Below, piece after piece: positions 26,427 through 35,676 of a stretch of DNA of 64,000 nt. This DNA is from Patescibacteria group bacterium. GTDB lineage: Bacteria > Patescibacteriota > Patescibacteriia > 2-12-FULL-60-25. A program made the position numbers and the translations under genes. The stretch's first letter is position 1. Every line of letters begins with the position of its first letter. Below the pieces are notes generated by a model that ran no database searches, was not told the DNA's origin, and saw only the letters and a program-made list of their open reading frames with translations. The DNA is taken from assembly GCA_018061755.1 (NCBI GenBank), contig JAGOTP010000002.1, positions 35,309-99,308 of the forward strand, in the 5' to 3' direction.

Positions 26427-27341
26427 TTAAGCCTTCAGTTTTGCACGGAACGTACTAGCTATAGCTCTCAAACGATCCATCGACCAAAGACTACATAATC
26501 CAAACGGACGAGCCAGACGTAGCAACCAACTCTGCCAAGCGGGTTCCCATTTCTGAAAATACTGCACCATTGATTTCGTGAATTGCTTCTGATTCCAATA
26601 TCCTGCCTGCTGCTTGAAGCTCCGTCCAACGTAATCAACCGCTGTGATCGAGGGAACATATCGTACACTGAGTCCTTGCACTTTCATCTGACGACAGAAA
26701 TCGACTTCTTCGAAGAAAATAAAATAACGCGGATCAAGACCTGGACAGCATTTCAACGCCTCTGCTGTGATCAAAAAGAAGGATCCGCGCAAGGAATCAA
26801 CAGCTTGTTCGCGCTCAGGATCCAGGTCTTGCTGGAGGTAACGAGCCAGGACTTTCGGAAAAAGGTGTGGAAGTTTCAGAATCAGCGCTAACTGAGACCA
26901 GACATCCGGGAAACGACGAACGGTTGTGACAAGTCGCCCGTCTTCGGTTAACAGTTTTCCCCCAATGACCCCGACTTCCTCATGGCCGTCGGCATAATCA
27001 ACGAATTTGGCTAGCGCATCACTTGAAACGCGCATATCCGGGTTCAAGAGCAATACATGGCGGGCTCGGGCGACCGCAATCCCCTGGTTTACGGCATGTG
27101 AAAAACCCGTATTTGAGGTATTGCGGATAACATAGACGTCCGGAAATTGAGTTTGAACCGCCTCAGCTGTGCCATCTTTTGAGTCGTTATCGACCAAAAT
27201 AAGCTGTATTTTAAGCGAATTTTCGCTCGCGAATAGACTTTCTAGATTACGCAGAGTCAGGTCACGCACGTTGTAGCCCACCAAAATAACGGCAAGATCT
27301 GCCTCATTTGGCGGAGAAACGAAGATCGGGCGAGGAGGCAT
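26427..27341 (-). CDS. Glycosyltransferase family 2 (rhamnosyltransferase-like)
   Basis: Trimmed to the first ATG at 27341; the track start at 27356 is TTG. LILVDNDSKDGT...GFSHAVNQG...LLLNPDM...FFEEVDFC. Confidence 0.85.
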   Translation of the reverse strand: MPPRPIFVSPPNEADLAVILVGYNVRDLTLRNLESLFASENSLKIQLILVDNDSKDGTAEAVQTQFPDVYVIRNTSNTGFSHAVNQGIAVARARHVLLLNPDMRVSSDALAKFVDYADGHEEVGVIGGKLLTEDGRLVTTVRRFPDVWSQLALILKLPHLFPKVLARYLQQDLDPEREQAVDSLRGSFFLITAEALKCCPGLDPRYFIFFEEVDFCRQMKVQGLSVRYVPSITAVDYVGRSFKQQAGYWNQKQFTKSMVQYFQKWEPAWQSWLLRLARPFGLCSLWSMDRLRAIASTFRAKLKA

Positions 27342-27486
27342 GAATGGGGTTGGCAAGGCGGTCAGAGACTGGTAGGGTCGAGCCTAGTGATGTCAGAACG
27401 CTACAAGCCAGCGGAAAGTACGTCAACCAGGCGCTTTTCTCCGTCTCGACACACCCCATTCCCTATACCTGAATATCCCCTCTTTT

Positions 27487-30288
27487 ATGCGCTTGCTCGT
27501 CTGTGGTGGCGCCGGCTTCATCGGTTCAAACTTTATCCGGCACATGCTCGAAACCCATCCGAGTATTTTTATCGTGAACTTTGATAAATTGACCTATGCC
27601 GGAAATTTGGAAAATTTGAGCGATTTGGCGCACGACGCTCGCTATCGTTTTGTCCAAGGCGATATCACTGATTTGGAAGCGCTGAACCGCACAATCCAGG
27701 AACACAACCTGACGCACGTGATCAACTTTGCGGCAGAGACACACGTTGACCGTTCGATTCATGGCGGCTGCAAAGACTTCGTTTTGACCAACGTGTTGGG
27801 CGTGCAGATGCTGCTCGATGCCGTGCGGGTCAACAAATTAGAAAAGTTTGTGAACGTTTCAACGGATGAAGTTTATGGTTCATTGAACCTGGATGAAAGC
27901 ACCTACTTCACGGAAGACACACCGATCACGCCCAACATGCCGTATGCCGCGGCGAAAGCGGGGGGTGATCTGATGTGCCGGGCTTATCATAAGACTCATG
28001 GTCTACCAGTTGTCGTCACCCACTGCTCGAATAACTACGGTCCATACCAATTTCCTGAAAAGTTAATTCCGTTCTTCATTTTCAAATTGTTGAAAGGCGA
28101 GAAGGTGCCTGTTTATGGAGATGGAAGAAACGTACGTGATTGGATTCATGTCCGTGATCATGCGCGCGCCCTCGATCTTCTTCTGCAAAAAGGTCAGCCA
28201 GGCGAAGTCTACAACATCGGTGTCGACAATGAGCGCAATAACCTTGAACTCACGCAGATGATTCTTGAGATCATGGGTTTTGGGCCAGAACGCATGGAGT
28301 TCATTACAGATCGTCCAGGTCACGACCGACGCTATGCTATCGATGCAAAAAAGATTGAAGCGCTTGGCTGGAAACCTATCTATACGCGCGATGAGTTCCG
28401 CCGTGGCATGCAAGAAACGATCGACTGGTATCGCACACATACCGGTTGGGTAGAACAGCTCTGGGCAAAAAAGCGCAATGAGATGAACCAATTTCAACAG
28501 ACGCTGAATGGCGGTCAGACGCCTGCGAATGTATCAGTACCGGGGGCAATCAAAACAAATGTCGATCAAAGCAGCGCGTCTTCGCTCATGGCAGCCATAG
28601 CGAATACCACTCCATCTGTTTCCGCGCCTCTTACTAGTGGCGTGTTGATCATCGGTGGCGGTTTCTTGGGTCAGCGTTTGGCCAAGCTCATTCCAAATAG
28701 CATTGTGAGTCGAGTTCGTTTGGATGATAAAGCGGCCATCGCCGCTGAGATCACGCGCTATTCGCCACGCGCTGTCATTAATGCAACGGGCAAAACAGGC
28801 CAACCAAATGTTGACTGGTGTGAAACGCATCAGGTCGAAACCTACCAGGTCAACACGGTCGGCGCGCTCATGCTGGCTGACGTCTGTCAGGAACAAGGCG
28901 TCTACCTTGTGCACTTGGCCTCCGGTTGTATTTTCTATGGACCTTCACCAGACATGAATGGCTGGAAAGAAGAAGATGCTACCAATCCACAAGCCTTCTA
29001 TTCTCGAACCAAATACGCGGCTGACTTGATCTTGTCGCGTTTGCCGAAGGTAGCGGTTGTGCGTTTGCGCTTACCAATTGACTCTGAACCCTCTCCAAAA
29101 AACTTGATCGACAAGCTTGCGAGCTATCAGCAAGTTCTCGACGTCCAAAACAGCGTCACAGTCGTGAAAGACTTGGCGCAAGTGATCGAACAGCTGATTC
29201 AAAAACAGGGAACAGGGATTTTCCACGCCACCAATCCAGGCGCACTCCGTTATCGCGATCTGTTAAATTTGTACCGCGAGCTCGTCAATCCAGAGCATCG
29301 CTGTGAATGGATCGACGAAGATACCTTGGCCAAACGTGGTTTGGCTGCCAAAACGCGTTCGACCTGCCTGCTCCAATCGACACGTCTCGCAGAACTCGGC
29401 ATTCAGATGCGTCCGATTGAGATCGCGCTACGCGAAACGATGGAGCAGTACGCTGCACACAAACGACAGGCCGAGCCAAAAGCTCCTGCGAGCCCTGCTT
29501 CAACACCGACTCAGATACGTGTCTCGTCACCTGGTACGATTTCGTTGTCTAGCGCAAAACCAACACGTCGCATGAAAGGTCTGATTGTGGCCGGAGGTCG
29601 TGGCACACGCCTTGCCCCCCTCACCAACATCACGAGCAAACAGCTCTTGCCGATCCACAACAAACCAATGGTCCTCTATCCCCTGCAGACTCTTTTGAGT
29701 TCAGGGGTGAGAGATATTCTGATCGTTACGGGTCCCGAATATCCGCATCACTTCGTAAAATTACTGGGATCGGGAGCGAACTATGGCTGCCGCATTAGCT
29801 ACCGCATTCAGGATGAAGCCGGTGGCATCGCTCAAGTGGTTGGCATGGCTGAAGATTTCGTTGGCGATGACAATGTGGCTGTGATTTTAGGCGACAACAT
29901 CTTTGAAGACACGTTCCCGCAAGAACTAAGCCAGTTCACCGAAGGGGCGCTTGCCTTCTATAAACCAGTGAGCGACGCTCAACGCTTTGGTGTCATGGAA
30001 ATCGACCCAAGCGGACGTGTCCTATCAATCGAGGAAAAGCCGAAACAGCCAAAATCGAACTTCGCCCAGGTCGGTTTGTACGTCTACGATTCCAGCGTCT
30101 TCGATGTCGTCCGAACTCTAAAACCATCAACCCGTGGCGAACTTGAGATCACGGATGTGAACAACGCATTCTTGGCTACTGGCAAGCTCAAAGCCGCCCC
30201 AATTCAAGGTTTTTGGTCAGATGCTGGCACGTTCGACAGTCTGAAGCGCGCAACCGACTTCTTCTCAAGTCGTGACGGCGGGATGTAG
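27487..30288 (+). CDS. Three-domain fusion: NDP-glucose 4,6-dehydratase, RmlD/NRS-ER-like epimerase-reductase, and sugar-1-phosphate nucleotidyltransferase
   Basis: aa 1 to about 335: GGAGFIGSNF, STDEVYG and the YAAAK (YxxxK) motif, RmlB-like. aa about 385-655: GGGFLGQ and YSRTK (YxxxK), with LRLPIDSEPSPKNLIDKL...GIFHATNPGAL resembling RmlD / plant NRS-ER. aa 696-933: MKGLIVAGGRGTRLAPLT...LGDNIF, RmlA-like. One uninterrupted ORF. Confidence 0.85.
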   Translation: MRLLVCGGAGFIGSNFIRHMLETHPSIFIVNFDKLTYAGNLENLSDLAHDARYRFVQGDITDLEALNRTIQEHNLTHVINFAAETHVDRSIHGGCKDFVLTNVLGVQMLLDAVRVNKLEKFVNVSTDEVYGSLNLDESTYFTEDTPITPNMPYAAAKAGGDLMCRAYHKTHGLPVVVTHCSNNYGPYQFPEKLIPFFIFKLLKGEKVPVYGDGRNVRDWIHVRDHARALDLLLQKGQPGEVYNIGVDNERNNLELTQMILEIMGFGPERMEFITDRPGHDRRYAIDAKKIEALGWKPIYTRDEFRRGMQETIDWYRTHTGWVEQLWAKKRNEMNQFQQTLNGGQTPANVSVPGAIKTNVDQSSASSLMAAIANTTPSVSAPLTSGVLIIGGGFLGQRLAKLIPNSIVSRVRLDDKAAIAAEITRYSPRAVINATGKTGQPNVDWCETHQVETYQVNTVGALMLADVCQEQGVYLVHLASGCIFYGPSPDMNGWKEEDATNPQAFYSRTKYAADLILSRLPKVAVVRLRLPIDSEPSPKNLIDKLASYQQVLDVQNSVTVVKDLAQVIEQLIQKQGTGIFHATNPGALRYRDLLNLYRELVNPEHRCEWIDEDTLAKRGLAAKTRSTCLLQSTRLAELGIQMRPIEIALRETMEQYAAHKRQAEPKAPASPASTPTQIRVSSPGTISLSSAKPTRRMKGLIVAGGRGTRLAPLTNITSKQLLPIHNKPMVLYPLQTLLSSGVRDILIVTGPEYPHHFVKLLGSGANYGCRISYRIQDEAGGIAQVVGMAEDFVGDDNVAVILGDNIFEDTFPQELSQFTEGALAFYKPVSDAQRFGVMEIDPSGRVLSIEEKPKQPKSNFAQVGLYVYDSSVFDVVRTLKPSTRGELEITDVNNAFLATGKLKAAPIQGFWSDAGTFDSLKRATDFFSSRDGGM

Positions 30289-30297
30289 ACTGTCCGC

Positions 30298-31470
30298 ATG
30301 TCAAAACAAAAACTCGTCCTCTTAGGTGGTGGCTTTGCCGGAACCTGGATCGCAACCCACGCTTGCCCTGCGCACAACGATCAATTGGAAGTCACATTGA
30401 TTTCAGAAGAATCGCACTTCACCTTCAGCCCTCTTCTCATTAATGGTTTGGCAGGCGACTTGGATCCACAAGATTTCACGATTGATTTAGCGAAACTCGC
30501 GACTGAACGCGGGTTTCGTTTTGTTCAAGGGAAAATCTCACTCGTCAATCGGGAGAAGCAAATCGTCGAAGTAGAACAAACCGACGGGAAACGGAGCGAA
30601 ATAGCGTACGATCAGGCCGTCTTAGCGACTGGCTCAGAAGCCAATTTCTTCGATATTCCTGGCCTGAAAGAAGCATCTTTTGCCTTGAAACGTCTAAGCG
30701 ATATCGATCGCTTGATTAATCACTTAGAAACCGTTCTCGTCACAGCCTCCAAGACCTGGACAGATGAAGATAAGCGGAAACTCCTGTCGTTTTTGATCGT
30801 TGGAGGGGGGCCAACCGGAGTGGAGCTCCTTGGAGCGATGCGTGAACGTTTGCGCAGAATCGCAGAGAATCGCGGTCTCGAAGATCTCCTACCACTCATT
30901 AGCATCACGTTGGTTGAGTCAAATAATTTGTTATTCTACGGATTCCCCGAGCACCTGTCTCAACAAAGCGAACAAGTCTTGAAACAAGGGGGTGTGGATA
31001 TTCGCTGCGGAGTACGTGTCACAGGTGTTGAGAAGGGTGTGGCTACGTTATCTGATAATTCATCCCTGAACTATCACACGCTTATCTGGGCTGCCGGTGT
31101 AAAACCTGTTTGGCCAACCATCGAACCCGCCTTCGCTCCCGGCCCACTCAAAACGGATGCCTTTTTACGCCTTGATGATCATCTCTATGGCGCAGGAGAT
31201 GCGATCACATTTGAACAAAATGGAGTAAAATTTCATAAAAATGCACAATTTGCGTTACAGATGGCACATGATGTCTTGCAGAATATTCTACGGAACGTAA
31301 AAGGCCAGCCTCTGGTCGCGCCAAACCGCAAATACAACGCCGCACTCGTGACAGTGTTGCAAACCGGTTTTTTCCGTCTGGGATCGTTCGTCTTGCAAGG
31401 CCCTTGGATCCATCCGTTCCGGAAACTCTTGTATCGTTTCCGTTTGTGGCAGATTCGGTCTGGTCACTAG
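30298..31470 (+). CDS. Type II NADH dehydrogenase-like FAD-dependent oxidoreductase
   Basis: Two dinucleotide-binding motifs, LLGGGFAG and IVGGGPTGVE, with NDH-2-like spacing. Confidence 0.8.
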   Translation: MSKQKLVLLGGGFAGTWIATHACPAHNDQLEVTLISEESHFTFSPLLINGLAGDLDPQDFTIDLAKLATERGFRFVQGKISLVNREKQIVEVEQTDGKRSEIAYDQAVLATGSEANFFDIPGLKEASFALKRLSDIDRLINHLETVLVTASKTWTDEDKRKLLSFLIVGGGPTGVELLGAMRERLRRIAENRGLEDLLPLISITLVESNNLLFYGFPEHLSQQSEQVLKQGGVDIRCGVRVTGVEKGVATLSDNSSLNYHTLIWAAGVKPVWPTIEPAFAPGPLKTDAFLRLDDHLYGAGDAITFEQNGVKFHKNAQFALQMAHDVLQNILRNVKGQPLVAPNRKYNAALVTVLQTGFFRLGSFVLQGPWIHPFRKLLYRFRLWQIRSGH

Positions 31471-31473
31471 TCT

Positions 31474-32649
31474 ATGACGCTCTCGCCTGATCAAGCGAAA
31501 GCCGTGCAAGCCCTGTATCGCTGGTTCAAAGAAAAAAAGGAACAAACGATCACCCTTGGAGGCTATGCCGGAACCGGTAAAACAACGCTCGCGTCTGTTT
31601 TACGTTGGGTTTTGAACGAGCGTCATCCTGACCTATCGGTTGCTTTTTGTGCGTTCACAGGCAAGGCGACTCATGTTCTGAGGCAACGGCTTGAAGAAGC
31701 GGATTTGCTCTTGCCGCAGGATAGCTGCTCAACCATCCACGCTCTTTTGTACGTTCCCCATGTCGCCAAAGACGGTTCGATCATCGGCTGGCATCGAGCG
31801 AAAGAAGTAAAGACAGATCTGATTGTCATCGATGAAGCAAGTATGGTCACGGAAGATCTGTGGCGAGATATTGTCATGCTAGGCGTCCCAATCATCGCGA
31901 TTGGTGATCATGGCCAGCTGCCACCGGTTGGTAGCTCATTTAACCTGGTACAAGATCCAAAGATTCGCTTGGAAGAAATTCATCGCCAGGCGGCAGGAAA
32001 TCCGATTTTACAACTTGCTCAAGAAGCTCGAACAAGTGGACTGATCGCTCCAGGAAAATATGGGAAAGGTATCGAAAAACTAAGTTATGCCAACGATGAC
32101 GGCGATCGGATTCGCGAACTCACAGAAGAACTCCTCGTGTCCAAGAAAGATGTCTTGATCCTGTGCGGACGAAATACTACGCGACAAAAATTAAACGTCG
32201 CAGCACGAGCGACGCAGGGATTCGAATCAGCTGATCCGGAAGGTGGCGACAAGGTGGTCTGTCTCAAAAACTCATATGCCATCCGAGATCAACCGCTGTA
32301 TAACGGGATGATCGGCACGATCGAGCAGATCCAAAACGAAGGTGAACACTGGTATGACGCGACCATCTCTTTTCCTGGCGAAGAACGTGAATTCAACGGA
32401 CTGATCTCACGTCATCAATTCGGAAAAGATACTGTCCTAGATAAGTTTGAGGGCTTAAATCCCAAACAAATCGGCGAACGCTTCGACTTCGGCTATGCGC
32501 TGACGGTTCACAAGGCCCAAGGCAGCCAGGCCGATACCGTTCTCCTGTTCGAAGAACGCTTTCAAAAAATGAGCGATGATGACTGGAAACGTTGGCTGTA
32601 CACCGCCGTAACACGTGCCAAAAAACGATTGTACATTGTAGGAGAATAA
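31474..32649 (+). CDS. RecD/Dda-like SF1 DNA helicase
   Basis: Walker A GYAGTGKTT, Walker B VIDEASMV, GDHGQLPPV and the C-terminal YALTVHKAQGSQ. Confidence 0.8.
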   Translation: MTLSPDQAKAVQALYRWFKEKKEQTITLGGYAGTGKTTLASVLRWVLNERHPDLSVAFCAFTGKATHVLRQRLEEADLLLPQDSCSTIHALLYVPHVAKDGSIIGWHRAKEVKTDLIVIDEASMVTEDLWRDIVMLGVPIIAIGDHGQLPPVGSSFNLVQDPKIRLEEIHRQAAGNPILQLAQEARTSGLIAPGKYGKGIEKLSYANDDGDRIRELTEELLVSKKDVLILCGRNTTRQKLNVAARATQGFESADPEGGDKVVCLKNSYAIRDQPLYNGMIGTIEQIQNEGEHWYDATISFPGEEREFNGLISRHQFGKDTVLDKFEGLNPKQIGERFDFGYALTVHKAQGSQADTVLLFEERFQKMSDDDWKRWLYTAVTRAKKRLYIVGE

Positions 32650-32663
32650 TATAAGGTAGATTT

Positions 32664-33278
32664 ATGCAACCATCCGTTTACTTCAACTATGCATTTCCCT
32701 TGGATGAAGATCGCCGTGAATTGGCCAAGTCGCGAAATATTCCATATCCCGAATGGACAGACGTCGATACAGCAACACAAGCTTGGGCAGCTCTCTGGCA
32801 GGAAGCGAATAAAGACGAACGGATCATAAAACGCCTCATTGAGCTCACTGGTCGTACACTCCCCTATCCGGTGGAAGTCTGTATTATCGGTGGTATTTTC
32901 GACGCCATGTCGATCCCGCTCATCATTCCGCTCACGAGACGCGGAGGTGTGCGCATCACAGATCCTGACTTTCTTCAGATCCTTGTACACGAACTCTGTC
33001 ATCGGTTCACTGCGCCAAGAGAGAACGCTCCAGGAACAGTAGAGTATTGGGAAGCGGTGAAAGCGCGCTATTCCGCCGAACCGTTAGCCACACAAAAACA
33101 TATCTTGATCTACGCTCTCCTGAAAAAGATCGTACCAGACATGCTCGGTGAAGAAAGCTGGAACCGTTGCCAACAAAGTCCACTACCGACCTATCAGCGG
33201 GCGCTCCAACTCATGGAAGAACGTGGTGCAGACGATTGTCTCAACGAGTTTCGTTCTTATGTCACAAACAAGCCTTGA
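32664..33278 (+). CDS. Hypothetical protein with an HExxH motif
   Basis: 204-aa ORF. LVHELCHRF is a possible zinc-metallopeptidase-like motif. No family recognised. Confidence 0.55.
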   Translation: MQPSVYFNYAFPLDEDRRELAKSRNIPYPEWTDVDTATQAWAALWQEANKDERIIKRLIELTGRTLPYPVEVCIIGGIFDAMSIPLIIPLTRRGGVRITDPDFLQILVHELCHRFTAPRENAPGTVEYWEAVKARYSAEPLATQKHILIYALLKKIVPDMLGEESWNRCQQSPLPTYQRALQLMEERGADDCLNEFRSYVTNKP

Positions 33279-33690
33279 TTCGATCACGAATAACATGGAT
33301 CTGTTCCTCCGTCAGTGTGCCTGGTTCGTTGAGATAAAAATTTGATCTTGGATCAAAGCCTAGCTTCTCTTTGTCGCCAGTGGTACGTGCGAGTAAATGA
33401 ATATGTACGTGTGGAACCGTCTGGTCGGCGATACGACCTTCATTCCAAGCATAGTTGAACCCTTCAGCACCGTACGCTTCACGAAGAGCAGGCTTCACAC
33501 GAGTCATCAGTTCAAATAACGCTTCACGCTCTTCCACTTGCAGATCTTCGTAGGTTGGCACACAGCGTTTTGGACAAACCAAGAGGTGAGCTGGAGCAAT
33601 TGGGTAATACGAAGGAAAAACCCAAGCTAGGTCAGTCTCCAGGATAATTCGATCTTTCATCAGAGGCAATTCACAGAAAACACAATACAT
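33262..33690 (-). CDS. HIT family hydrolase
   Basis: Trimmed to ATG 33690. CVFCE zinc-binding start and the histidine triad VPHVHIHLL. Confidence 0.85.
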   Translation of the reverse strand: MYCVFCELPLMKDRIILETDLAWVFPSYYPIAPAHLLVCPKRCVPTYEDLQVEEREALFELMTRVKPALREAYGAEGFNYAWNEGRIADQTVPHVHIHLLARTTGDKEKLGFDPRSNFYLNEPGTLTEEQIHVIRDRIKACL

Positions 33691-33752
33691 AGAAGTCGCT
33701 GTAGTATAGGTATTTCGTGCTAGTTTGAGCAAGATTTCGCGCCCAGCCTACC

Positions 33753-33781
33753 TTGACCTGAGCCACCGCGTTCGATACTAT
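33753..33781 (+). promoter_or_regulatory. Sigma70-like promoter (TTGACC-17-TACTAT) for tRNA-Gln
   Basis: TTGACC at 33753-33758 and TACTAT at 33776-33781, about 20 nt upstream of the tRNA 5' end. Confidence 0.5.
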
Positions 33782-33802
33782 CTGGCCACAATTTATCCCC
33801 AT

Positions 33803-33876
33803 TCCGAGATCGTCTAATGGTAGGACTACTGCCTCTGGAGCAGTGTATCTTGGTTCGAATCCAAGTCTCGGAGCCA
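33803..33876 (+). tRNA. tRNA-Gln (anticodon CUG), CCA encoded
   Basis: Hand fold: TCCGAGA/TC/GTCT-AATGGTA-GGAC/T/ACTGC-CTCTGGA-GCAGT/GTAT/CTTGG-TTCGAAT-CCAAG/TCTCGGA/G/CCA. The U1:A72 pair and G73 are consistent with Gln identity. Confidence 0.88.
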
Positions 33877-33879
33877 CGT

Positions 33880-33909
33880 AAAAACCACGCTTTTAAAGTG
33901 TGGTTTTTT
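33880..33909 (+). terminator. Hairpin terminator after tRNA-Gln
   Basis: AAAAACCACGC-TTTTAAA-GTGTGGTTTTTT (one mismatch). Confidence 0.5.
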
Positions 33910-33940
33910 CGATGTGATTCACGTGGCGCCGCCATATGTA

Positions 33941-33980
33941 ATAAAAACACGTCACCCCACGAACCTGAGGGGCGACGTGT
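33941..33980 (-). terminator. Rho-independent terminator of the MOSC gene
   Basis: ACACGTCACCCC (33947-33958) pairs with GGGGCGACGTGT (33969-33980) with one mismatch. The minus strand continues with TTTTTATTAC. Confidence 0.55.
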
Positions 33981-34006
33981 GTCGCGTTGGTTCGTGGGGT
34001 GGTAGT

Positions 34007-34864
34007 TCAGGCTTCAGGGAGCGGACCGCGGACGATATTCCGCACCTTGTCACCGACGCGGAGCGTGCAGGGGCCGGCATGGATCAGACTGGCACCGAAG
34101 AGGGCGACCAGCTTGCCGCCACCCTTGCTAACACCATGAATGCGTTCGAGCGTAGCGAGAGGCTCCTGGCTTCTACGCTCACCTGTACGCTGGTCAGTCG
34201 TAATGATGGGGCAGCGCGTACGCCGCTTCACGTGGTGGAAATGGCCATCATTGATGTAGAACTCGCTGCATCCATCCTCGCCCCAGGGTCCTCCCATCCC
34301 CGTGACGACGATATTCGAACGGAAGTTCGCCATCGGATACGGACCCTCCCCAGCAGGCAGCTCCGCGTTGAGAGCAGCGAGGGATGCCTCGCTCGTCAGA
34401 GTGAACGGGCAGCCATCGGGGAAGCGGGTGCCCGTCGTGACATCCTTCGGCCGACGGCTCGGAACACGAGCGTGATCCGGAGGCGTCCCCACGAGTAGAA
34501 CATTCTGGCGCAGAAGATCAGAGAAGAAGTCGCGCGCTTCCCGACCCTGATCGACCGTCATGCTCGTATCGCCCCAGATAGTACCGGGGACACGTTCCCC
34601 GCTTTCCCAGGTAGAACGAGTGATGCTGAGCCGGCCATGCTCCCCGCCCTCAACCGTGACGACGAGGGCCCTGGGCGTCAGGTTGCAGATGACCTGAGCA
34701 AGCTCAGGATGATCACGCTGCGTGACAAACCGGCCCGAGGCTCGATCGATGATCATGAGACGACGATCGTGGCAGATGCCGAACTCATCGACCTCCGCCT
34801 CCTCGAGTGACGTTGCCCGACAGGACTTGATGTAATGCGCGAACAGACCAGTGACGACGCACAT
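34007..34864 (-). CDS. MOSC domain protein (N-terminal beta-barrel plus MOSC), GC-rich island 6
   Basis: CDS preceded by CCAAGGAGG. HDRRLMIID...FVTQRDHPELA...RFPDGCPFTLTSEASL...FRSNIVV...RCPIITTDQRTGE is the MOSC_N plus MOSC pattern with the conserved Cys. Strong GC3 bias. Confidence 0.85.
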   Translation of the reverse strand: MCVVTGLFAHYIKSCRATSLEEAEVDEFGICHDRRLMIIDRASGRFVTQRDHPELAQVICNLTPRALVVTVEGGEHGRLSITRSTWESGERVPGTIWGDTSMTVDQGREARDFFSDLLRQNVLLVGTPPDHARVPSRRPKDVTTGTRFPDGCPFTLTSEASLAALNAELPAGEGPYPMANFRSNIVVTGMGGPWGEDGCSEFYINDGHFHHVKRRTRCPIITTDQRTGERRSQEPLATLERIHGVSKGGGKLVALFGASLIHAGPCTLRVGDKVRNIVRGPLPEA

Positions 34865-34978
34865 GATGGACCTCCTTGGTATGCGTGTAGATAGAATCCT
34901 AGCCAGAAAAGTGGGTTTTTGTCTATTTTTTTGACATCAACCTTTAGTAAAACTGGTTTTTACCCTATCCTCCCAGCT

Positions 34979-35644
34979 ATGACTCTGAACCCCACAGCAA
35001 TACGCGTCCTTTGTTTCGGTGATTCGAATACCTGGGGTCAGCGACCAGATAAGCTAGATCGCTACCCAGCAAATATCCGCTGGACTGGAAAATTACAGGA
35101 ATCATTAGGAGGCAAATACGAGATTATCGAGGAGGGATTGGGTGGAAGGACCGTCAATTTGGATCACAGGGAAAGGTCGCATCGTAACGGACGGACCTAT
35201 TTTCTGCCGTGCGTTGATAGTCATAGTCCGTTTGATGTGCTTGTCCTAATGCTTGGCACGAACGACTTAAAAATACAGTTTCAACGGTCTCCACAAGCAA
35301 TTGCCGATGGCATTGGAGAGCTAGTCCAACTCGCGAAAGAACGGACCAAGAATCAATCTGGAGAGATGCTAAAAACCATCCTCATGAGCCCCGTTCATAT
35401 AAATCCGTCCGCAAAAGATTTCGAGACTCTCTGCAAAGACTATTTCGACATTGAATCTAGTGAAAAATCTAAGAAACTTGCCTTTCACATAGAGAAAGTG
35501 GCTCGAGACAATGACAGTTCATTTCTTGATGCGGGCAAACTTGTTACCACAGGTGACGATGGACTTCACCTCGATGAACAAGCGCATGCAACGCTAGCCG
35601 TAGCACTCGCCAAGCAAATTCAAGCACTCACCTTATCAAAATAA
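34979..35644 (+). CDS. SGNH/GDSL hydrolase
   Basis: Trimmed to ATG 34979. Block I is FGDSNTWG, followed by GLGGRT, GTND and a C-terminal DGLHLD. Confidence 0.85.
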   Translation: MTLNPTAIRVLCFGDSNTWGQRPDKLDRYPANIRWTGKLQESLGGKYEIIEEGLGGRTVNLDHRERSHRNGRTYFLPCVDSHSPFDVLVLMLGTNDLKIQFQRSPQAIADGIGELVQLAKERTKNQSGEMLKTILMSPVHINPSAKDFETLCKDYFDIESSEKSKKLAFHIEKVARDNDSSFLDAGKLVTTGDDGLHLDEQAHATLAVALAKQIQALTLSK

Positions 35645-35676
35645 ATCGTCTACCTGTCTTCCACAATATTCCGACT

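Noticed and set aside
34865-34980. An att-like duplication of the tRNA-Gln 3' end on the far side of island 6.
   Set aside because: The only match is a 9-nt partial (GAATCCTAG against GAATCCAAG), which is too short and imperfect to call by eye. It is kept as a check inside the island-6 finding.
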